A stretch of DNA of 35,271 nucleotides from Octopus bimaculoides (GCF_001194135.2 NC_068983.1:144971410-145006680), one strand, 5' to 3'. Positions 9,974 through 21,648 are shown, numbered from the stretch's first letter. Program-made: numbers and translations. The notes: generated from the letters alone by a model not told the origin.

Positions 9974-10875
9974 CGAATAAGCGAAGGATTTTTTTATTTA
10001 TTTATTTATGTTTATACGTTAAAATCGCTGGAAAGTTTCACTAATAGAGATACTGAAATTTTAAATGNNNNNNNNNNNNNNNNNNNNNNNNNNNNNNNNN
10101 NNNNNNNNNNNNNNNNNNNNNNNNNNNNNNNNNNNNNNNNNNNNNNNNNNNNNNNNNNNNNNNNNNNNNNNNNNNNNNNNNNNNNNNNNNNNNNNNNNNN
10201 NNNNNNNNNNNNNNNNNNNNNNNNNNNNNNNNNNNNNNNNNNNNNNNNNNNNNNNNNNNNNNNNNNNNNNNNNNNNNNNNNNNNNNNNNNNNNNNNNNNN
10301 NNNNNNNNNNNNNNNNNNNNNNNNNNNNNNNNNNNNNNNNNNNNNNNNNNNNNNNNNNNNNNNNNNNNNNNNNNNNNNNNNNNNNNNNNNNNNNNNNNNN
10401 NNNNNNNNNNNNNNNNNNNNNNNNNNNNNNNNNNNNNNNNNNNNNNNNNNNNNNNNNNNNNNNNNNNNNNNNNNNNNNNNNNNNNNNNNNNNNNNNNNNN
10501 NNNNNNNNNNNNNNNNNNNNNNNNNNNNNNNNNNNNNNNNNNNNNNNNNNNNNNNNNNNNNNNNNNNNNNNNNNNNNNNNNNNNNNNNNNNNNNNNNNNN
10601 NNNNNNNNNNNNNNNNNNNNNNNNNNNNNNNNNNNNNNNNNNNNNNNNNNNNNNNNNNNNNNNNNNNNNNNNNNNNNNNNNNNNNNNNNNNNNNNNNNNN
10701 NNNNNNNNNNNNNNNNNNNNNNNNNNNNNNNNNNNNNNNNNNNNNNNNNNNNNNNNNNNNNNNNNNNNNNNNNNNNNNNNNNNNNNNNNNNNNNNNNNNN
10801 NNNNNNNNNNNNNNNNNNNNNNNNNNNNNNNNNNNNNNNNNNNNNNNNNNNNNNNNNNNNNNNNNNNNNNNNNNN

Positions 10876-10929
<54 letters not shown>
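10876..10929. repeat. (TA)n(GA)n microsatellite
   Basis: Direct reading. Confidence 0.95.
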
Positions 10930-10984
10930 TGTATATATATCCACGCATACGCATATGACACTTCCTTATACATGACATGATCAT

Positions 10985-11205
10985 GTGTGTTACATATTCC
11001 AGTACTCCAATAATTGCAGATATAAACTTGAACTTGTAATCTAAATAGAGTAATTGTAGATTTCTCAATAATTTAGCGAAAGTATTCTCTTTTTCACTGA
11101 TCTTCAGTTTTATGTTAACATCCACTAGGCAGCTGATTTCTACAACTATACACACTTTCTCTTGTCTATCCCAAATCATTATACCAGATCTATTAAGTTT
11201 AAATT
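10985..11205 (-). mobile_element. Restriction-like-endonuclease (R4/R2-group) LINE C-terminal fragment
   Basis: NRSGIMIWDRQEKVCIVVEISCLVDVNIKLKISEKENTFAKLLRNLQLLY...FISAIIGVLEYV is a decayed RPD...E...K...Y...IGALG PD-(D/E)xK domain. Confidence 0.7.
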
Positions 11206-11223
11206 TTATTGAGGTTTTTACTA

Positions 11224-12424
11224 TTAGGTTGTCAAGAAAGTTGTTGCGGATTTTTTAATTTTGGTTTTAAATGATGTATTTCCAAATTAATTTTCGTTAG
11301 ATTATTTTGACTTTATATATCATTTTAAAGCCCGTTTTTTGCTCTATCTAATCCTGTTACTGCTTTTCTTTTTGAATAATTAGGCCATTTTGTCTGGAAC
11401 GTTGAATACAACATGGACAAAAAGCAAATTCGCACAATTTTCTTTTTTCAGTTCAAGCTAAGCCGAAAAGCTACTGAAACAGCTCCCGATATCAACGATG
11501 TGTTTGGCCCAGGAACCACTAGTGAACATGCAGCACGATGGTGCTTCAAGAAATTTCGTAGCAGTGACGAGAGTCTTGAAGATGATAAGCGTAGTGGTCG
11601 GCCATCGAATGTTGACAACATCAACTAAGGGCCTTAGTCGAAGCGAATCCACGCACAATTGTTCGAGAGCTTGCTTCTGAATTAAACGTAACGTATACAA
11701 CAAATTTCAACCACTTGAAAGAGATAGGAAAAACAAAAATACTTGAGAAATGGGTGCCGCACGAATTGAACGACAACCAAAAGAAAAACTCCGTTTTAAA
11801 GTGTCGTCTTCCCTTCTTTTACGCAACAAGAACGAGCCGTTTCCCGACCGGATTGTGACTTGCAATGAATAGTGGATTCTTTACGACAAACGGTGACGCT
11901 CAGCTCAGTGGTTGGACGCCGACGAAGCTCCACGGTACTTCCCGAAGCCAAGTTGCACGAAAAGAAGGCCGGTCTCATCCATCATAGCTTTTTGGAACCA
12001 GGTGAAACCATTACGGCAGAGAAATACTGTCAGCCAGTTGTCAATAGAAAAGGACCAACTCTTCTCTACGGCAACGCTCGGCCGCACGTCGCACAACTAA
12101 CCCTGCAGAAGTTGATCGAATTGGGCTACGAAACTCTGCCTCATCCGCCATACTCACCTATCGACTACCACTTTTTCAAGGATCTCGACAACTTCCTGCA
12201 TGAGAAATGCTTCAAAAACCAAGACGATGCCAAATACGCCTTCAAAGACTTCATCGCCACGAGAACGCAGGATTTTTACGCTACTGGCATAAACTTGTTT
12301 CGCATTGGCAAAAGTGTGTTGATTCTGGTGGTGTTTATTTCCATTAATAAAGTTTTGTTTGAGCCGAGCTATGTGCGTCTGGATTTAAACGTTAAAAACC
12401 GCAAGAACTTTCTTGACAACCTAA
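11224..12424 (+). mobile_element. Full-length inactive mariner, Hsmar1/cecropia-like
   Basis: ~30-bp TIRs (TTAGGTTGTCAAGAAAGTT(G/C)TTGCGG) with TA on both sides (11222-23, 12425-26). The transposase pseudogene starts at 11413: MDKKQIRTIF...RSGRP...KWVPHEL...IVTCNE*W...YGNARPH...HPPYSP.IDYHFF. It has stops, frameshifts and deletions, and the first two catalytic Asp residues are mutated. Confidence 0.95.
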
Positions 12425-12570
12425 TAAAACATTCCGCCAGTCCTCCTTTTTGATATGAGTGGCTATGGCCTCCACCATACTGTGGGTTCTTATTTCTCTG
12501 TCCTCGAGTTATCTTTTCGACGGATCTCATTATGCAGTGTCTCATCGGCAAATAATGCGGATGATATGCA

Positions 12571-12574
12571 GATG

Positions 12575-12605
<31 letters not shown>

Positions 12606-12725
12606 TGTATGTATGTACGTACGTACGTATGTATATATGTACGTATGTATGTATGTATGCATGTATGTATGCATGCATGCATGCATGTGTGCATATATGT
12701 ATGTATGTATGTATGTATGCATGCT
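12571..12725. repeat. (ATGT)n microsatellite with ACGT/ATGC variants
   Basis: Direct reading. Confidence 0.95.
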
Positions 12726-13448
12726 ATGTTTAGGCGTGCATTATAAGTATGATTATTTTTCCATATGTCTTCAATTAACTATGAATGTATGCTTCTCGAT
12801 TTACCCATACTAAAATATATTAGCAGATGTATTTCAATCTTGTTACACAAACTTCCAACTTGTATATTTTCCAATATATATACTTCAATATATCTGTACA
12901 TATACATTTATTTCAAACGTACTGCACTATATTTACCTAGATTTACTGTTAAATTCTAATCTAAAATGCACTCAGCCGGGCCAGCATACAGTTCTCGTTT
13001 ATAATCAGGTTTCTGTCAGTAATTATGTTAAACGAGCTAATTTTAAAGATAGCTAAACGCTTATTCAATATAGTTCTTTACTCCTTATATCGAATTTTTT
13101 TTTATTATATTCAGAAATATTATTCTATCGTTAGCTTTAATATCAAGAGTAAACATTAGTTTATATAGTTCACTTTTTAAAATTAATCGCTAGAAGCAGT
13201 AAACTACATTCGATTTCGTTTTACGATATCATTGCGACTTCGTGAAGTTGAAAGCAAATACATAAAGTTTTGTACTTACAATTACCACACACGTAAACAC
13301 ACATGCATGCATATGCACACGTTAAGCATTTGTAATATTAAACATCCACAATATAATAGAGCGATACATATGTATAAGATTTATATATATCAAAGAAACT
13401 ATTTTCTTCGAGTAAATTCCAGCTGAAAACTTTAGGCTGCATACATAC

Positions 13449-13481
13449 GGTGCTGACGCCTGCTCAATTTCTTGATACGAT
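13449..13481 (-). CDS. Candidate 33-bp host micro-exon (unidentified gene)
   Basis: Acceptor TGTTATTTTCTTTGCAG and donor ACC|GTATGT. The length is a multiple of 3 and two frames are open (RIKKLSRRQH or SYQEIEQASA). It is a GC-richer patch in unique sequence. Confidence 0.4.
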
Positions 13482-13579
13482 CTGCAAAGAAAATAACATA
13501 CATTCTTATGCATCAAAATACGTATACACTTTTACACACATACTAATATAGGCACACATACATATATGGACATGCTTAC

Positions 13580-13720
13580 CTGCGTGATTAACAAGCACCT
13601 TTTATCACAACGTAGTTTTGGGTTCAGTCCCATCACACAATACTTTTGATGTCACGGGGTGGGACTGAACTCAGAACCGTGTGGTTGGGAAGCAAGTTTC
13701 TTACCACACAGCCACGTCTG
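13580..13720. mobile_element. Two convergent SINE family A heads (inverted pair)
   Basis: A + head ending GGGTTCAGTCCCAT (13620-13633) and a - head beginning GTGGGACTGAACTC (13659-13672) and extending to CACACAGCCACG. Confidence 0.6.
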
Positions 13721-15104
13721 TGTCTAATGTACACACATATTCTTCATAACATCTTATTATATTGATAATTGCTAAGTTGATGGTTTATTCCTAAATCCTC
13801 AAAAAACAAATACCAACCTTTCGAATGTACTTCAAACTGGGCGCATACTGAGTCCCCATAGCAAACATATACTAAATTCAAATCCTTACTTGCACTTACT
13901 GTAACCTTTCATAATACTGTGATGGATCAAATAGTAATAGTATACTTTGCTTAACTCCACCGACTACTATATTCCCTTTTACGAATCATTTCTTGTATAC
14001 CAGTAGTAAATAATATACATGAAAGGTGAAATGAAACGCTATTCACAAAATGAAATATAACATAAAGCGATAAACATCTAAAATAAGAAAGAAATATTTT
14101 TTCTGTTTAAAGAAAATCTTTCTCGTCAAGTGTTTTATAGAATCAACCTTTTTTCTGCAAGACATTTTATGTTGTGATTAATGATTCCTAGAAGGTAATT
14201 TTCCTTTTAGATTGAGTGAGTAGGTGTGAAGTCTATAGAATTCCAATTTAGTGTTTTAAGGAAATTCGGAAATGTACTTATAAATAAAGGAAATATATAT
14301 TTATTTGACCAAAAAAATGACATATCATACACCAACAGATATAGCATCTGTGTGATACAATGAATATTACCACAATTTTCTCTACGTTACAAGAAAATGC
14401 TCGTGTACATTCAAAAGGCAGGTGTCTAAACATTTCGATGTTGATTTAGTTTGAACTAGATATATTGTCTGTTATGCTATGATATTGATTAATTCTTTTC
14501 TTCAGTATAGATTGAATTCTTCTGTATAATTTTTAAAAGACATTCAACACTTACAATAGCATCGTTATATGCTCTCCATTCTTGATTTCAAATGTTTTTA
14601 TTTTGTAGCTTGACAGATACAATATATCCAGTTCAGTAATACTTGTTAGACTTTTTTAAATTTCAAGTATTTGATTTACGATTTAATTTTAATCGATAAA
14701 CATCTGAAATATATAAAGTAAGGCGTATAGAGCAAGTAAGTTTTTGCATTTCATTGATTTACAATTGTTTCTTCAAATATTGATGTCTTGAGCATTGCTA
14801 CATTATGCAATAATATATGTAACAATTGTTACATGAGATGTGATAGACACAAAATCGAAGATCGATTTTTCAGAATCATGCATAAACGCTTTTGGCTGTG
14901 GACACTTGAACTAACGATTATTTATACCTATATCGAGTTGAACGCCTTTAAATGGTTACGTTTACATATTATAAGACAAACAAAGCAAATCAAACCTTGT
15001 TTGAGTTGACTGGTCAAGAAAAATGATGAATCGATGGAAAAAAAAGAGAAAGTATAAAAGCATAAAAGAAAAGGATAACTTTTGTTTTTAGACAATTTAA
15101 TAAA

Positions 15105-15445
15105 TTATAGTCTTCTCGGACGTTGTCATATTGAACAAGAAAGACAGATACTGTCGGATCACTGACGTAGCCATACCGAATGACATGAGTATTGTGAGTA
15201 AAGAGGTTGCAAAAATCACTACCTACTTCGAATTGAAAGTAGAGATGGCAAGACTGTTTGGAATACAAAAGGGTAATGTAAAATAATGGAATGCAAAAGG
15301 GTAATGTAAAATAATAATATGATCGGGAATTAGGGTCAATCTCACCGAAACCGCAAGACTTGTTAATGTAGCAGGTAAACCCGAACAAAACTAGTGTCAA
15401 ACAAAATTCAGCCTTGCTAGGTACTGAGCGCATTTTAAGAAGAGG
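15105..15445 (+). mobile_element. R4/Dong-like LINE endonuclease-domain fragment
   Basis: Plus-strand SDVVILNKKDRYCRITDVAIPNDMSIVSKEVAKITTYFELKVEMARLF...QNSALLGTERILRR, the typical R4 C-terminus. It contains an internal 21-bp tandem duplication (AAAAGGGTAATGTAAAATAAT). Confidence 0.8.
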
Positions 15446-15527
15446 ATTGTTGCGATTGATAGATGACTAAATTCACCGGGGCATTTTCCACCTACACTAC
15501 CTGACGACGTTGTGATAATCAAAGGGC

Positions 15528-16815
15528 TTTCAAATTTTGACACAAGACCAGCAATACCGGGTGAGTGGGTATTCAATCGACCTCGAAAGGATGAAAGACA
15601 AAGTCGGCTTCAGCAGAAATTGAACACACAACGTACAGACAGGCGAAATAATGCTAAGCATTTTGTCCGGTGCACCTTGATGGTACAGTCCTCATGTTTC
15701 AAGACAGCCTTCGACTAAGGTTAAAGAAAGACTCCCACAGATCCAGGATCACGCTGACCATAAAGCAGTCGACTCACTGTTGTTCACCATGCTTGAAGTA
15801 GTTCCATTCACCACGACTATTTTCAATACAGTCACCCGCCTTTTGACAAATTCGCTCAGGAAGACCACTTCACTCTTCACCTTATACTCCTTTCCAAGAT
15901 GAACTTGAATAGTAGTAATAATGGTCTTATATACTTGCAGGAATTTTAAGAGCAGGAGTTTTGTCTATTATATCAACCCCAGCAACCAACTTGTAGTTAT
16001 TTTATCAACCCCGAGAAGATGAAAATAAAAACCAACCTCGGTGGCATTTGAACTGAGAACGTAAAGACGAACGAAAGCCTCTAAACATTTTGTCTCTAAA
16101 CGATTCTGCCATCTCACTTCCCTTAATAACTTTATTCTACTATGGGCACAAATCCTAACATTTGATGCGAGGGGGCTAGTCGATTACGTCGAACCAAAGT
16201 TCAACTGATACTTATTTTATCGACCCCAAAAGGATGAAAGGCAATATCAACCTCAGTGGAATTTGAACTCAGAACCTAAAGACGGAAGAAAAACTTCTAA
16301 GCATTTCGTCCAGCATGCAAACACGTCTATAAGCTCGCCACTTTTAATAATGGTTTCAATGTTGGACACAAAACAAGCAGTTTTGAGTATATGGGATTAG
16401 ACGACATCATCGACCGTAGTACTTGATCGGAACTTGAAAGACAAAAGTTTACCTCGGTAGGACTTGAACTCAAAAACCATCAAGAAACATTGCAATTATG
16501 CGACGCTCTATTGGTTTTGCAGCTCCCTATCTAAATTATTGATACAACTATCATTGTTGATAAAGAATTTTAAACAGTGGTGTAAGGAATTATAATATTG
16601 ATGTCAATCTTTTGGCACAAGGCTAGCAATATTCATAGGAGAGGATAAGTGGATCACTTCAACCTCAGTGTGTAACTAGTACTTATTTTATCGACCCTAA
16701 AAGGATGAAGGGTAAAACCGACCTCCGCAGTATTTGAACTCAGAACGTAAAGACGGCCGATATGGCGCTTAGAATTTTACTCGGCGTGCTAAAGACTCTG
16801 CCTGTTCACCGCCTT
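15528..16815 (-). mobile_element. Chain of five SINE family D copies (15528-15674, 15923-16124, 16131-16345, 16352-~16532, 16601-16815)
   Basis: Each copy carries TTATCGACCCC(G/A)AAAGGATGAAAGG and ATTTGAACTCAGAAC(G)TAAAGACG. The minus strand has a B-box (GAGTTCAAAT) and A-box-like head. Several copies are joined by short AAT remnants and each is differently diverged. Confidence 0.85.
15675..15905 (-). mobile_element. Possible L1/Tx1-like ORF2 C-terminus plus 3' UTR fragment
   Basis: HLGKEYKVKSEVVFLSEFVKRRVTVLKIVVVNGTTSSM resembles the HL...ER...F..RW C-terminus of Tx1-type ORF2 (recalled pattern, not aligned). Confidence 0.4.
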
Positions 16816-18204
16816 ATATAGAATTGTATATTTTAAATAAATAAAGTCATTTTACAAATACCATTGCCATATAAATAGAAAACACCATTTACAATCGTAA
16901 ACATCGGCAGATCTCTTTTTTTCTGATAAACCCACAAAGTAAATCCACTCTCTAGATATAAAATCGAAAATATATGCCTATTTTCAAAGTCGTATTGACG
17001 CTCATGTCACAGAAATTCCTATCACGTTATTTTAACATAATTTATAGTGTTATGTAAAAGGTTAAACTATAAATGAGAAGTGAGAGAAAAGGATTAAAGA
17101 GTATTCAAAAGAACATTCAAAATAGAACTCTCGGGCACTGAGTTCAATTGGTTCTTAGCGCCTGCCTCAGGGTGGTATAACCCCCTGTGCTATGTACAGT
17201 AAACTCAACAATTGAGTCACTTAAGTGCAGTATTGGAAACATGATCTATAAAACGTTGGCGTTACATACTGTGGGGGTCGTAAGATCTGTATCTTTTCTA
17301 CTTCAAACCGTGTGAACCGAAGACAAGTACCAGCTCTGTGGACCGTACATCCGTTAATGGCATACATCGTAATTTAAATTGTTCACTTGCTATAGGTTAT
17401 GATGAAGAATAAAGCAGTTATCTACACTTATTTCAGTAGTATTTTATTCTGAGTTAAACTAAAAAAAACGCGTCTCAATTTGAAAATGTCTCTCCATTTA
17501 CCTAATTCGTTTCACATTAAAAGATGAACGGTGTAAGATTTCTTAGTCACCTATGTTGTGTGCCATCCATGTCTAAGACACTTAACTCATAAATATGGAA
17601 GGTATCCGTCATTTGTTACCCAAAATAATTAGTCACTTTTAATCTTTGTTCTCTGCTGAGTTTTGAGTTACATATACTCCCATTCCACTCCACAATCAAA
17701 AAGGTGGGCCATCTATATAATTGGTCCATTGAAAGCTTATGACCGAACAATGCCAGTTGCGATATTAAATTAAAACAAACTAAATGGACATTTATGCCAG
17801 AGTTTTGTATAATCTGTAGTATGACAATGGATTTTATGGGGAACATTTCATTTTATAATTTTAAACAATGTGTTTAATTTTATTTTATATACTTGCATTG
17901 AATAATTCAAACTAAATTGCAATTTTACAATGTATTATATTATCTGCATAAAACGCTGGCAATTTTTTATCAGATCAGAACTAACTGATTGACTTATACG
18001 ATTTTCTCACATTCATTGGTATTTAGTCAATCAGTTTCTACCACGATAGCCTTTACAAATATAAGACACAATCATGAAATTGATTTCAGGTATAGAAAAA
18101 TCTGGAATCTAACGTTTTCTTCCAACCTCAAATTTTAATCATTCATTATTTTTTACAAATTGATAATAAAGGAGTTAGGAGCATTTGAAGTTATGTATTT
18201 TTAG

Positions 18205-18267
18205 CCAATGAATTTTAAGCCATTGTCATTCACAACGGAAGTCGAAATTGTTTGTTCTCATGGCAAC
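18205..18267. promoter_or_regulatory. Candidate motif cluster: CCAAT box, ETS site, RFX X-box
   Basis: CCAAT at 18205-09, ACGGAAGT at 18235-42 and GTTCTCATGGCAAC at 18254-67, all within 63 bp of unique sequence. Motif match only. Confidence 0.25.
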
Positions 18268-18439
18268 TCCGCTTCATTAACTGTTTTTGTTATTGCACTT
18301 GAGCACGAACCCGAGAGCAGCAATCCGTTTGAAACAAATTGTATTCAGAATGAATTCTTCAAGAATATTTTAGTCAGAGATAAATAAGATGGAGGATGAA
18401 TCGGCAATAATTTTTTTACCATTAAACACACAGACACAC

Positions 18440-18474
18440 ACACACACATTGTGTGTATATGTGTGTGTGTGTGT

Positions 18475-18549
<75 letters not shown>
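18440..18549. repeat. Compound (CA)/(TG)/(CT)/(TA) microsatellite
   Basis: Direct reading. Confidence 0.95.
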
Positions 18550-18550
<1 letters not shown>

Positions 18551-18640
18551 GACGAGTATCTTTTCAGTTTCCGTCTACCAAATACACTTCCAAGGCTCAA
18601 GGATATAATAGGAGACGCCCGATGTACCACGCATGGATCT
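18550..18640 (-). mobile_element. SINE family A core fragment
   Basis: TTTTCAGTTTCCGTCTACCAAATACAC matches 9825-9850. Confidence 0.5.
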
Positions 18641-19171
18641 GTACACATATACTTGTGCGCATATATATATATATTTCGATGAATGATCTATACCAAACTC
18701 CTGGCTCCTCTCCAGCATCCTAAGACCTCTACTACCATCCTTCTCGGGGCACATCAGCAATTTCGATAGAAAACAGAAACAGTCAAAGGTCGAATACATT
18801 CATGAGAATTAACGGACTTTCACTAGTGTGTGTATGAACATTTACGTAGTTTTAAGTTTATATAAAGTATATTCTTCTGTAGTCGTAAGCCATCTTGATA
18901 GTTTTTGTTATTAGTGTAACATTTCCAATTTAGAGAGTGAAATTTATGTAGCATAAACTTTTGTCACAATAAATTTGATTTCGGAGAACTTTTATTTGTA
19001 ATTTCCTGTGTAAATTTAGATTCGAGTTTCTTGAAGTCATAAGTGGGGGATTTATCGTTGAGAATCACATACATCTTCAGTAAAACTCCATCACTTCCAT
19101 GCACACAGCTGCAGCACACACGAAACTTAGGGCGATTCCTCTGTCATCCATGCATGAATCATGAAACTCAC

Positions 19172-19194
19172 CGTGCCATTACGTGCCGCCAATG
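19172..19194 (-). CDS. Candidate 23-bp micro-exon
   Basis: Acceptor TTCTCCACCTCCTTAG and consensus donor ACG|GTGAGT. Open frames are HWRHVMA and LAARNGT. Confidence 0.25.
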
Positions 19195-19369
19195 CTAAGG
19201 AGGTGGAGAATTATGGTGAGAATTCATGGCAGGAAAGTACTACATCATGTAAAGGAAAGAGGAAAGGAGCTTAAGAAGTGGCCATAATATTAGTGATTCA
19301 ATGTATGTTTCCATGTGCGTACGTTTCTATGCAAGTATGCATGTAGGTATATATCTACGTATGTATGCA

Positions 19370-19404
19370 TACATATATATATATGTGTGTGTGTGTGGTG
19401 CGTG

Positions 19405-19463
<59 letters not shown>
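19370..19463. repeat. (TA)/(TG)n microsatellite
   Basis: Direct reading. Confidence 0.95.
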
Positions 19464-19466
<3 letters not shown>

Positions 19467-21209
19467 GGGTTTTATATATCTGCAGAATATGTAAATATCA
19501 GAGAAAAAAATGAGTGCTTTTAACCAAACATTCCTTGTAATATTATCCCCGTAATAAGGTTCACAGGCAATTTCTTGTCCATCTTGCCATCCTAAATGCA
19601 GTGACCCTAATCCTGTTATTCAATTGGCTATTATGGCGATTATTACATTGGCTTGCAACATTACGTTCAATAGGAACCTTATCTATTTTCGTTTTATTTG
19701 TATTCTGTCAGTCAAAGATAGCGGAAACTACATCATCTCAGTACTTTAACATTGTGAGCAATTAATTGAAAGCCTAGATTTATTGCTTATTATACGTAAT
19801 ATGCGTGAGTGTGTATATGTATGTGAATTTCAGTGTTTATGTGCCAAAGGAGCATTGGTGTTTCATACTATTTCAAATGCAAACCTTCATTACGCTGAAA
19901 TGAGGGTCATAATAAGAGACCACTCTCATTAAAAGGCTGATAGTTATTACTTAATCATAGGATCACAGACAAGTTAACATGAAACTGATGCGGTAAACTT
20001 AATGAGGCCTCTAATTTACAACTCTACCAGATATGATACAACAGTTGTCAGCATATAAATGTTCGCCACCAAATTAACTCGTCACTGCCTTTACTATTTT
20101 AACGTTCGTTCCCTGATTACCCACACACATCAAAGTATAAATTTGATAATAAACAAAATTAATAGGACATTTAAAGCAAATCAGATATGGTCACGATAAT
20201 TTAATGTAACTACCATTCAATATTGCTTAGTAAGGCTCCATAACCATTTTAAGAACGTGTCGATATACGATTTTACTAGGGAACATAATTTAACATTAAC
20301 TTTACAGATATAAGGTTTTATTTTCCAATTGGTAGCACTCAATATTGAGTACTTACGCCATCATGACTACTGCTTTTGCTATTCATCCCTTTAGTGACAA
20401 CATAAGTCAACCACAACTACATTCCCTGTGCTTTGGTGAATAGGACGAATTCACAAAGGGTACTATGCCCTTTCTATCACATGTTACAGATAGCTGAAGC
20501 ACCAAGATGCAAGAAACTACTCCTCCTAGTTATCCTTTGAGTATTTAAAAGAAATATTTCAAGGACTTAGCCTTTATGGAAAGTAATCGTTCTTTCTTGC
20601 GGGATTATTCTTGTGGCCATAACTCTGTTGACGTAATCTTCATCCTTTAAGACATATAAACCAAAGATCGAAATCTCTACAAACTATCATCGGGCTAGTA
20701 ATAATCAGAAAACACAAGATCAAAAGACAATGTGCCGGAGCGAGTGATATTTTCTTTCTTTTACCGGACAAATAGGTACAAACTAATAAATCATCTCGAA
20801 ATGCTACTGCTGGCTCGGGGAACACATTGTAAAAAAATTGCTTTCCAAAATGATAAATATTTCACTTTCAAACATTTTCACCGAAGTTCCCAAAGAGATA
20901 TTTATTTAATTATCGAATTATTATTCCAAACACGCCGAAGACTATTTTTTAATTATATTTATTCATAACTACTATAATACCAAATACAGGTTGCTATAGT
21001 TCTTAAAGTGAGAGAAGCAACAAGGATCTGGACTACTTGAACCACCAATTTAACTTACTAACGTTAAATTGTTAATAACGAACGCCTACATATACATACT
21101 TAATACAAAGTTGATGCTTTAACTATAAATGGAACAACATTTATAATTATATTTATAATTCATATTTGCCAAAATATTAGCTGTTTCGTGATAAATATAT
21201 TTTGATTTC

Positions 21210-21312
21210 TTTTCTCTCATTTCCTTTACACTTCTCTCTTTTCCTTATTCTCCCACTCTCTCTTACTCTGTCTCTCTCTCTCCCTCTCACTCTTTCTCTC
21301 TCTATCTATCTA

Positions 21313-21357
<45 letters not shown>

Positions 21358-21425
21358 GTGTGCGTGTGTGTGTATGTGTGTACATCTGTGTGTGTGTGTG
21401 TACATCTGTGTATGTGTATATGTAT
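21210..21425. repeat. Compound (CT)/(TCTA)/(TA)/(TG) microsatellite
   Basis: Direct reading. Confidence 0.9.
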
Positions 21426-21584
21426 ATAAGGTTGGTTATGTCTGAAAATTTAGTGTAAATATATGCATATATGCACACATACACACACCAACACACACAA
21501 CGCATATACACACGTTTCTGTATGTATGTGTAAGAGAAGAAGCATGTACATGTGTGCGTTTGTGAGTGAGTGAGAGGGGAAGGG

Positions 21585-21648
21585 AGAGAAAGAGACGGGG
21601 AGAGAAAGAGACGGGGAGAGAAAGAGACGGGGAGAGAAAGAGACGGGG
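21585..21648. repeat. Perfect 16-bp tandem repeat (AGAGAAAGAGACGGGG)x4
   Basis: Four identical units. Confidence 0.95.

Noticed and set aside
9704-11179. Long ORFs of 279-423 aa (also those at 1198-2039, 4307-4531, 6538-7055, 28067-28523)
   Set aside because: They are open only because they run through N gaps and microsatellites.
12369-12813. ORFs rich in MYVC/HTYI/YI/CV (also at 3176, 18389, 19301, 21202-21794, 22209-22617, 27910-28806, 29631-30391)
   Set aside because: They are translations of microsatellites.
15014-15433. 139-aa minus-strand ORF that looks like a host exon
   Set aside because: It is the antisense shadow of the plus-strand R4/Dong endonuclease fragment.
20337-20420. Consensus donor GGC|GTAAGT on the minus strand
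   Set aside because: The best upstream acceptor gives stops in all frames, and the alternative acceptors are weak.
21585-21648. CRISPR-like or functional array interpretation of the short tandem repeats (also 29175-29285)
   Set aside because: There are no unique spacers, the context is eukaryotic and there are no cas genes.
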